In this document: piece by piece, positions 53,936-64,000 of the stretch
Numbering within the stretch: position 1 is the first letter of the stretch
Layout of the letters: each line of letters starts with the position of its first letter
Source of the DNA: Paragordius varius
Taxonomy: Eukaryota > Animalia > Nematomorpha
Direction: 5' to 3'
Assembly (NCBI GenBank): GCA_964247055.1
Contig: OZ176056.1
Span: 1,860,001-1,924,000 of the forward strand
DNA: 64,000 nt
Made by a program: the position numbers and the translations under genes
Notes under the pieces: generated by a model
Told to the model about the DNA's origin: nothing
Database searches by the model: none
What the model saw: the letters and a program-made list of their open reading frames with translations, nothing else

Positions 53936-54382
53936 TGTAGGGTTTATGTATTCTATTTGTGTGTTATTATTTAAAAAACATTAACTTTAATAAAATGATT
54001 GTTGCTTAAATTATATATCCTCATGTTTTAAGCATTTTGTACAATAACGAGAAAAAGCTATTTCACAAATATTATTATTACAAACACAACATGGAAAAAT
54101 CATTTTTAAAACACTACTCTACTTATTCATAAATTATGATTCCCATAATTATAAAAATAAGCTAAACCAATTTACATCTCTAATCCCCATTTCACAACCC
54201 AAAGAGTTAAATAAAAAAAACAAAAAAAAGAAATGGTTATTTTTAATTTTTGCATGTTGTCTGTGTAAGTTATATTACTATAAGTTTCATACAAAAATTA
54301 GCGAAAATTTGAAAATATTAAAGATAATAACTTATAAGAAAATCGACTTTTTATAGTAGTCTCATATTTCTTCAAACCAATT

Positions 54383-54547
54383 TAAGTTTTGATATAAACC
54401 GACCTCCATAATCTGCTTGCAATTTACTCGTATAAGACAACCTTAAACATCAATCTTGTTACTGAAAAATGGCGACTTTGGTAATCAGTGGATGTGAAAC
54501 ACAATAATACGATAATCTGTGTAGACCGTTACAGTAAAATCAAGTTA
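54383..54547 (-). repeat. Single inverted, diverged satellite monomer (unit 3)
   Basis: Nearly identical to 35478-35643. Confidence 0.88.
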
Positions 54548-54944
54548 GATTCCTATCCGTAGGTTAGTGATAATAAATAAATTGATATTGATTAATGTGT
54601 TACAACAAGTCATCTCCTAATATTTCTCAATTCAAACTGGGGTTCATAAAATAAATCACGGGTAGATATTGAAACATCGGAGAGAGATCTTTTATCAACC
54701 AAAGCGTAATGTAGAATATTAAGCAAATAAAACCCCAACACATTCGATCAGGTATATATTTATATCTATTAGCCATAATAACTAAAATTTATTTGTAGTT
54801 TCCAGGATATACTATAGATAGAACATTAAAAAAGTTAATCTGTAAATGTATTAATCAAACATATCACATCGTAGTTTAAACCAACGCCCGATAACCCATA
54901 TTTATTTTAATTATATAGTTTTTTTTTTGAATTTAGTTTCATGA

Positions 54945-56291
54945 TTAGCAGTGATTCGTTTGAACATAAACACGATGAGAACTTGCTTTTATGGATGAGG
55001 CACCTTGATCTATAAAGACTGGTCTAACCACAATCTCGTATTCCGTATCGGGTAAAACATATGCGAAGCGATAATTATCAGAAACCGCCTAAAATAAGAA
55101 ATGCGCACATTAGTTATTATACAAATACATAAAATTTTTGGGTCTTACGAATATATATACAGAGAAATACAGTAAAAATTGATGCTTATACAGACAGAAC
55201 ATCTCTCAAAATATTTTACAGTAAAAATTATAGAGAAAACAGTAAAAATATAAAGACGTATACTTTTTCAAGATAATCATACCATAAACCATTATAACAA
55301 TTGGAAAATAACATAATTAATCGTATCACTAAAATAGATTTTTATTTCATACTTTAAAATTCCAAAACTATAAGCAATATTTTAAACGTTTAATAAATTA
55401 CAGCAAACTTTTAAAAAATATTGTCTTTATATTTTAACGTTTGTCCGTATAATTTCATGATTTACTGTAAAAAAGGCAAAATCATATAATATAAATTCAG
55501 ACGACTCTTTAGAAAACGTACTCGTCTGCCTTTATATTATGATTCAAATATGACTCCCGTTAACCATATATACATTGTCATAAAGTCTTATATTTCGTTG
55601 TTTAAAACCGAAGATATTTATAGTTTCAGGTTTTGGGTAAAAAAACTTGTCATAAATTTTAAATTATTAAAAATCTATCAAAAATATACCGAAATAAATC
55701 CTCTTCTAGCAGGTAAATCTTTCCACCGGCTACTCAAAAAAATGTCTAGGCCACGGATGTCTTTTGCTTTTTCAGGATAATTAATTAAGGGGTTGGCAAG
55801 AAAAACTAATAAATCTAAAGAATTTGTATTTCCAGCGGTGGTGCCATTTATCAGGGATACGCCTTTTATTTTGACCACCCATCTTGACAAATCTATATAT
55901 AACGTTAAAAAAATGTTTTTAAAAAAATATGCGTAAAATTACAAAATTTATTGTATATTACCTTCCTGATTAAGAACATATTGTCCCGCATTGTTAAGAC
56001 TAACTATACCATATATCAAAGCTTGTTTAAAATCAATCAAACATCAATCTAATTAAAACCGTTTATACAATAAAAACGATGTAAAATTTTGTGAAAACCA
56101 AACCTTAACTTTTTAATATTATTATTGATTTATTTAAAATTATATGACGCGTTCAATTGTTTTTAAAAGATCAGATAACTGAGAAACTATTTATTCCAAT
56201 TACAATTTAAAATTGAAGTTTTCAGGAATCAGTAAAAGTAAGAAAATGTATAAAATTCCATTTTATATATACTTATAATAAATTTAATGGC
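54945..56291 (-). CDS. FN3-like small gene, copy B
   Basis: Exons 56273-56291, 55962-56021, 55690-55892 and 54945-55088 have the same lengths and phases as copy A and no internal stops. Confidence 0.7.
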
Positions 56292-56403
56292 CTTAAATAC
56301 ATAAATTTAAATATAATTAAGCAAATATTTAATACTTTAAATCTTTATTTAATAAAAAATCCTAAAAATTGTATCTTAGGTAAAATAAATTAACATATAA
56401 TAC

Positions 56404-59400
56404 TTGAAATTTTTCAGCAATAAGTTTATCCAACCATTCGGTATCAAAATTATTTTTTTGAAAACTTTCCGTTTCCAACAAAGTTATAAGGTATTCAACA
56501 GTAGTTCTAAAATCACCCTTAATCGATAACTCTTTAAGGCCAACAACCAAATTCCTAAATTAATTAAGAATTAAGCGAAACAAACTGTAAATTATTCGAA
56601 ATTAAATTGGAAATGTACTAAATTTGTAAAAAAAATTATTTAATAAATTAAAAATTTTTAAAAATAATACCCGGAAAATGTAATTCAAAAATTATATTTA
56701 ACACCCCAAAATAACATATTTTTTTAAAAAGTTTATAAAAGATTAATATTATTGTTAAACTTTGACTCAAAAATCCGAAATCTAATATATGACTAATATA
56801 TATATATATATATATATTAATAGAAATAAAGTTCAATAAATATATAGAAAAGCCAACATTATATTTTACAAAAACCAAAAAATTTAAAATTATCACTCTA
56901 TATATATATATATATATTTTTATATATATATATATAAACATACATATAAATGCTAGGTATCACTTTTTTAGATAGACACCCAAAATCTTTAATAAATTAT
57001 AAATCCACACATTACCCTTTTTAAAAATAAAAAAATTTATAAAATACTTTAACTATACTCTATATACATATCTATTTTTTCAAAAAAAACTCCAACATTT
57101 TTATAAATTATTCTATTATGTGAACATTTTTTGACAAAAGTTAAAATAGATTTAAAAGGAATACTGTCTAGCTTCATCTCGGTTTTCACCCCACGAAAAG
57201 CAATGCCCAAATTGCGAATCAGCAAATTCATGTAAACCGCCCGAAGCTCCAACACTAAAATATCCCCAAATATTTTTGTTACTCCGGAAATTTAGTTCCT
57301 ACACAACCAAAAATAAAGTATGTATGTTCAAATAAATAGATATTTGATTATATCAAGTTTAAAATGAATAATTAAAAGATAACTGTAATAAACTAATCTC
57401 TTTTTTAACTTCAAAAAAGACAATATTTCAAAACACCAAATAATAACTAAGCTTTGCACTAAAAACCCTTAAAATCAAATATTTAACAATAAATTGCTTC
57501 AAAAAAGCTATCTTACTTGAATTTGCCCCGACGTTGGTTTAAATCCTTCGTCAGGATTTTCACTCGTTATCCTACAAGCTATGACATGTCCCCGGGGTCG
57601 AGGTTTATATTGAGAATCTACGCTGGCTGCTGACAAAATTGAATATCCATCAGTAATGGAATTATTTAGGCGTTGATTTCGAACCAAAATATTTTCTAGC
57701 GGGCCGCTAGAATTAGCATTTTCATTTTCGTTTTCATTAATAAAATTTTCAGATATTTCAGTTTTTTGACTTGAAATTTGAATTTTATCATTTTGGTTAG
57801 TAAGGGGTGTTTCCGTAACAGCTTGTTTTATTATGGCATTTGTATTATTAGTTATGGGTACTAAAAACACCATAAAAGATTAATAAAATAAGGCATTTAA
57901 GAATGATTCTAAGTAAATTTTTTGTTAAAGCAAATTATTTGTATTTGAATATAAATCACATGGTTTCAAGCGTCTATAATCTATATTATAAAAATAAATC
58001 TAATTTACAATCCAAAACAAGATAGATGTATCTATAAAATTATTTTTCTCACATTTAGATTTCTAAAAAATTATTATAAAATTAACTTTATAATTATAAA
58101 GCCCTAAAAAATTTCTGATTTATTTACCGATTTCCAAATAATTGCATTTTTCTATCCAAAAAAATTGAAAAAATTAATTTTACTTTGAGATAAGGGTGAT
58201 TCTACCATAAACCACGGAGATAAACCCAATACGGTAAAGTGGTAAGCCCATAGCAATCTAAAAAAATAAAATTTGATCAAATAATAAATTCAAAGTAATA
58301 TATTTGTACATAATTTAAGGACAAAATTTTTAAAATACATATTTTATTTGGTGTTGTAATAGACTATAAAATTGAAATATTAGTTTTGAAAAAAATTCCA
58401 CATTAAATATAGATAGTATTTTATAAAAATTATTAAACTAAATTATATTTTGGATATTAAACATTACCTGCTCAATAGATTTCTTTTATAATTCTTACAT
58501 TGACATATATATCAATATTTTTTCCTGTAAAATATATTGTTAAGCGTATTACATAGTTTTTGACAGGATAGATCTTACACAATTTAAAAAAAAAGTATTT
58601 TTTTGTGATAAAGCAAAATTTTCAGTGCTTTAATTTTAATATTTACCCCTTATCACATAACTTAATTATAATATAAAATTCAATGTAATCAAAAAATAAA
58701 AAACTTATTTTTCCAAATATAATATATTATATATTTGGAATTAAGTTGACAAACAGTTTTATTAAACTAAAACCTTTTCATATAATGATTCAAAAATTTA
58801 TAAACTAATTTAAATTCTCCAAATCTAAAAGACTATTCTATTCCCTTTAATGATATCTATACTTTGAGGTGTTAGGAAATTAGATTTTCCAAGCTTTTAG
58901 ATAATCTTAGATTACTCAGATATATGAACACATATATATACCTGTAATTGACAAGCCGGTAAATTAATGTCACAAATCATTTCTGTACACGGGTGTTCAA
59001 CTTGGAGTCTAGGATTTAGTTCTAAAAAGCAAAAAGTGCCTTTCGCCGTATCATACAAGTACTCAACAGTTCCTGCACTAACGTATCCTACCATACGAGC
59101 TAACCTTACAGCGGCCTACATACATATAAAAAGAGTTTTTTTATATTCACATCTCATTAAATTTGTTGATTAAATTTGCTGATTAAATTGTGGACAAAAT
59201 TTGATTTATTTTATATGCTACTGTGTAACAATAATGTGAATTGGTCAATATAAATTAATTTAACAATTTTGATGAGCCCAGAAGAGTTTAAAATACAAAT
59301 TAATTTTAATAAATTTCAAATCCTATTAAGCCTGATAATAAAAGTTATTGATAAAAATAAAACTATTCTCTGAATTAAGTAGTTATGAAAATATATATAC

Positions 59401-60702
59401 AGTAAATATTAAAATATGGACAAAACGTAATGATATAGGGACAAATAATTATTTTAAATGTTTATTTTTTAAAATATAACTGATTGTTTTAAAATGGAAA
59501 GTAAAAAATAGATATGTAAATTGGTAACACAATCATTTATAGATTTTACGATTGTAATTATATAATTTTTATAGGAAAAATTAAGGTTTAAAAAAGTAGG
59601 TTTGTCTTTTGAAAAAAATAATAGTCTTTATATTATTAAGTTCTGTCCGTATAATTTCTGTATATTGTACATTAACATAGCCTAAAATATCAGCATATAT
59701 TACATCAACACAATTTTAAAACAACCATCAACGTACAGAAACACCTAAAGAGCTTAAAACTTACATTTTTTAAACGTTTTAAAAAAATTATCCTGTATTA
59801 TCCCAAAATCACTAAAGACATATACATAATTTACTTTAATCCTTTAAACACTTTTAATCTCCTTAAATAAAAATAAATTTATCGAATATTCATACACAAA
59901 AAACTAATTTTCGAAAAACGCTTAAACCTTTAAACCATTACAAAACACCAAAAACACCCCAAAAAAATTTTTTTTTAAAATTAAATCCATAAAAACCTTC
60001 TCCATTTCTTCAATGACGTGGGCGGTTGCTATGGTAACCGGTGCTTCCTCAATAATCTTTTGATGACGTCTTTGAATGGAACAATCTCGACCAAATAGAG
60101 AAATAGCTGTTCCATAACTATCAGCTAGCAATTGAACTTCCAAATGCCTACAATGGCTAGCGAGAGCCATCAAGAAAATGGGTGATCCTGGAACTTCAGT
60201 TTGGACCTTTTAGTAAATAGCATTTATTATTGATAAAATAAAATTTGGTTCAAATCCATAATTCTATATTTCGTTTATCACAGTAATCTTTACAAGTGTA
60301 GGCTATGGTATAATTTTCTCCCATGATTATAATGTGAAAAATTATAGCACTTAAACCAAAATTTAGTTTTGTGCGAAATACCATAAAATTGTGTTGAGAA
60401 AAAAATTATTTTTTAATAAAAATAGCTGTATGTATGTATATATACCATTTACAATTCAAATTCACCCTTGAACAATTCAATCACCCTGGAACAATTCCAG
60501 TTCACCTAAAATATGTTTTATAAGATTAAAAATTACCTATATTTGTATATATTTTTAAAAAATAAAATTTTGTTAAATAATGAAAAATAAAAACTATGCC
60601 ATAGAGATATTTTTATTTTAATAATGAGTTATATTAGTTGGAAAACACCCAATTTTTTTCTAGAGCGAATTCGAATTGTTCATGGATGTTGAACTGTAAA
60701 TG

Positions 60703-60747
<45 letters not shown>

Positions 60748-63493
60748 AAAATTTTTAACATTACTACTTAAAACTTAAATCAATAGATATAAACAAATGT
60801 AAATGGTTATTTAAAGAGGCAACTTATAGAGATGTAAATTAATAACACAATTAGTAACATAATTGGTAACAAAAAATTAAAAATTAAACGTTAATCCAGA
60901 TATTTTGCAATTATTTAATAAATGATTCAATTTTCCTTATTTTAAGTCGACTATATTGAACCAAATTTTTAGCTAATAAATTTCGAAAGGGATAATAAAA
61001 ATACAATTTATCCACTGTTTTTTATGACCTATTTTACGGACACGGACATAACTCTTTGAAACAAATAATGTAAATTTAATAATTTAATAAATTTTTCAAT
61101 TTTTTTAAAAAAATTTTTTTTTAAAAAAATAAAAATTAACCTGTTTAAAAGCTATTGGAAAATCTTCAGGTTTTAATACTTTACGTATCCCTTTACCTCC
61201 ACCACCTTCAGAAGCTTTAATCATAATGGGGTAGCCAATTTTTTTGCTCATCTAAAAATTTTTTATTATAAAAAATAAAAAATATAAAAAATTATATACA
61301 AATGCTACAATTTGATTTAAACTTTTAAGTTAAAGTCAGAAATTTATTTTTCAAAAGAAAAAAACTATTATTTTAAACCATGATTTTTATCATGTAATAT
61401 ATTGTTTTGAATAGCGATACAAGTAAAAGATAATAATTGGTAATTACTTAATTTTTTATTTTTTACGCAGGTTATGAAGCTAAAATTAAAGATATGCAAA
61501 TAGTTTATACAGGAAAAATATAATTCTTGATTGGTTTTTAAACATCAAAATTCATAAATTCGCTATATATACTTTATTTTTAGACTAATTTTAGACATAA
61601 AACCTTCAAAAATTAATAAAAAACCCATACTTTTTAAAACACCCTAAAAACCATAAAGAACCCAAAAAACTCGAAAAAAAATCTATATTGACTTGTAATC
61701 CTTGTTCACAGTTTAAGATACAAGCCGATTCATATATTTCAGTTGGGATCAAGTTATTCAAATTATCCAAATCATAATAGGTTGCAGAGTTTTGCGATGC
61801 TGAAGTAGAAACACTATTTCCTACATTAGTTATTTGTTTGGTTGTTGAAACAGTAATACTTTTAGTCATGAGGGATTGATTAACAAAATGTTCGGCATTT
61901 ATACTTTGTTGTAGGGAGCGACTTTTGACCTCTAAATTTTCAATCTCTATGCCTGCATTTAAATTTTAATAAAGTTGTTTAAATTAAAAAATGGACAAAA
62001 CGTACAAACGATAGGACAAATATTTTTTCAAAGGTCCGTTATATTGTTATTCTCACATAAACTGAATTAAAATTTAAAATTATGTAATTGAGTTAAATAA
62101 CAATTTATATATCTATTTTTTGCAACCAAAAACAATAAGTTAAATTAAAAAAATCAAGATACAATAATATGGGTCTTTGATTCTTTTAGATTTCATGTTT
62201 TTTCTGTATAATTTGAATTTTTACTGTAAATTAACTAAAAAACGGTAATAAATTTTTATTTTTACATAATCTCAAGGTTATATTAAAAATATTTTTACAT
62301 ACTGATTTTTGCTTAAGGTTTATAACATAAATATTGGCTTTTTAAAAAAATGCATTATATTACGGTATGACAAAAGGGTTTTTTAATATTCCGGTACAAC
62401 TAAATTTAGAGCGATATAAGTCTTATAATAAGTTGCAACATTAAAATTATAAAATATCACTATAATTTATTTTAATACAACAATATTTTTTACCATTCAA
62501 CCATATATTGGTTCTTACTTTAAAATTATTATATGCACAATATCATATATATTTATAATTCAAAGTAAATTTGGAAAGTATGTAGCTTATGGTCTAATTC
62601 TTTAATTGATGAATCATTTAAAATTATTAATTGATTTAACTAATCCCCATCAAATCAAAATAGAAACGTACGCCCAAACTTATAGGTTTTCAAATAGCCA
62701 GAATTCCTTAATAAAACAAAAAGTATTTGTTGGAAATAAAACTCCTCTTTAAATTCCAAAAAATCATTCGCTTATATATTAAATTTCTTAGAAAAAAAAC
62801 TCACAAAACCGTTTAAACCCTTCGGTATTTCTAACCTTGTTGAAAAACTCCCCTTTAAATTCTTATAATCATTACCTTATATATTCAATTTCTGCGCCAA
62901 AAAACTCACAAAACCGTTTCAACCCTTCGGTATTTCTAACCTTTAAAACCACCCATCAAAAAACTTCAACACAAATCATTCGCTTATATATTCAATTTCT
63001 TAGCCAAAAAATTCACAAAACCATTTACAACCTTCGGTATTTTTAACCGTTAAACCACATTTCAAACCTTTAAATTCTAATATCATATTCAATTCTTAAC
63101 CAAACCAAAACTCACAATAACCGTTAAAATAACAAAAATAATAAAAAATTCCTTAAAACTGAAAAAGTTTAAAAACTTCAACACAAATCTTAAAAGATTA
63201 ACCTGATCCACTCCAAGCCAGGGTAGGAACATGCGCGCTTTGTGCAATCAGCGTAGATGCTATTTTATCGCCCAGAGCATGCATAGCAAATGCCGAAGGG
63301 CCCAAGAAAGCCAGACAGCGGTCCGCTAAAGCGAAGGGCAGGGCTGGATTTTCACTGGCATGACCCCAGCCGGCCCAAACTGCATCCGCCCCTGTCCGCA
63401 CACAAATCTCTACAATGAGTTCAACGTTGGCGTAATTGTGATTGTTGGAACCGCCTGGAACCGGGACATATTGATCCGCCATTTTTATGTACT
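56404..63493 (-). CDS. ACC: Acetyl-CoA carboxylase biotin-carboxylase region, copy B (exons 3-11; exons 1-2 presumably beyond the window); probable frameshift in exon 8
   Basis: Exons 63203-63493, 61693-61952, 61141-61251, 59997-60206 ([17 protein letters not shown]), 58942-59115 ([26 protein letters not shown]), 58184-58257, 57517-57860 ([19 protein letters not shown]), 57165-57298 ([12 protein letters not shown]) and 56404-56554. Confidence 0.93.
59400..59667. mobile_element. Tc1/mariner-type MITE (CAGTAAAAA family) in an ACC intron
   Basis: TA|CAGTAAATATTAAAATATGGACAAAACG ... TTCTGTCCGTATAATTTCTGTATATTG|TA. Confidence 0.6.
60445..60702. mobile_element. TA-flanked MITE, counterpart of 5080-5316
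   Basis: TA|CCATTTACAATTCAAATTCACCCTTGAACAATT ... AATTGTTCATGG..GAACTGTAAATG followed by (TA)n. Confidence 0.75.
62760..63060. repeat. Short degenerate tandem repeats in ACC copy B intron 3
   Basis: AAAAACTCACAAAACCGTTT-AACCCTTCGGTATTT occurs three times; AATCATTCGCTTATATATT twice. Confidence 0.7.
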
Positions 63494-63527
63494 CTATATT
63501 CATATTCATATTATTAAGGGGGAATTA

Positions 63528-63562
<35 letters not shown>

Positions 63563-64000
63563 GATGAAAGGAAGTATATATATTTTAATTTTAGAAAACT
63601 AAGATATATATCTATAATTATATATATTTAAATTATTTAATAAGATAATCCCTATAAGGACCCCGAATATGGGAAAAATACATAATTTATTTATGCATCA
63701 ATCATGCATTTTTAAAGAATATATTAAAGTTAAATTGTGAGACTTAAAAAATAATTAATTTAGATAAAATAACTATTTTAATAAAATTTAATGATCCATT
63801 AGATGGTTTTATAAAAACCACAATTTATTTTTGGGAAAGTGTTCACTTTTAAACAATTATATTAGGGTTTAATTAAAAAATCAGAAAAGTAAAAAAAATA
63901 TATAATATATGAGCTATTATGGAGAGTACACTCTTATCGGAACAAAAATTAAATTATGTTCATAAATTAATTTTTTCATCAATTTCTCATTTTTATTTTA

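Noticed and set aside
56648-56941. 97-aa I/Y/F-rich ORF
   Set aside because: Translation of (TA)n and AT-rich ACC intron sequence.

Overview
AT-rich eukaryotic (animal-like) DNA read with the standard code, with spliceosomal introns as short as 26 nt; the organism cannot be identified from sequence alone. Three arrays of a 167/168-bp satellite (1-~2.1 kb, ~30.1-35.0 kb, ~40.3-53.9 kb) separate three related segmental-duplicate units. Unit 1 (~2.1-30.1 kb) holds a minus-strand FN3-like small gene, a 5'-half acetyl-CoA carboxylase copy missing five exons, a long chain of mostly phase-1 symmetric micro-exons, a full-length hAT transposon and many MITEs. Unit 2 (~35.0-40.3 kb) is an internally deleted version of unit 1. 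Unit 3 (53.9 kb to the window end) holds a second FN3-like gene and a second ACC 5' half. The main unexplained signals are: micro-exon genes resembling schistosome MEGs, invisible to the ORF track; ACC copies that stop exactly at the end of the biotin-carboxylase domain and run into FN3-like exons; and a single inverted satellite monomer beside each array. Most of the ~60-aa ORFs in the track are satellite artefacts. All exon models were built by eye and need transcript evidence.
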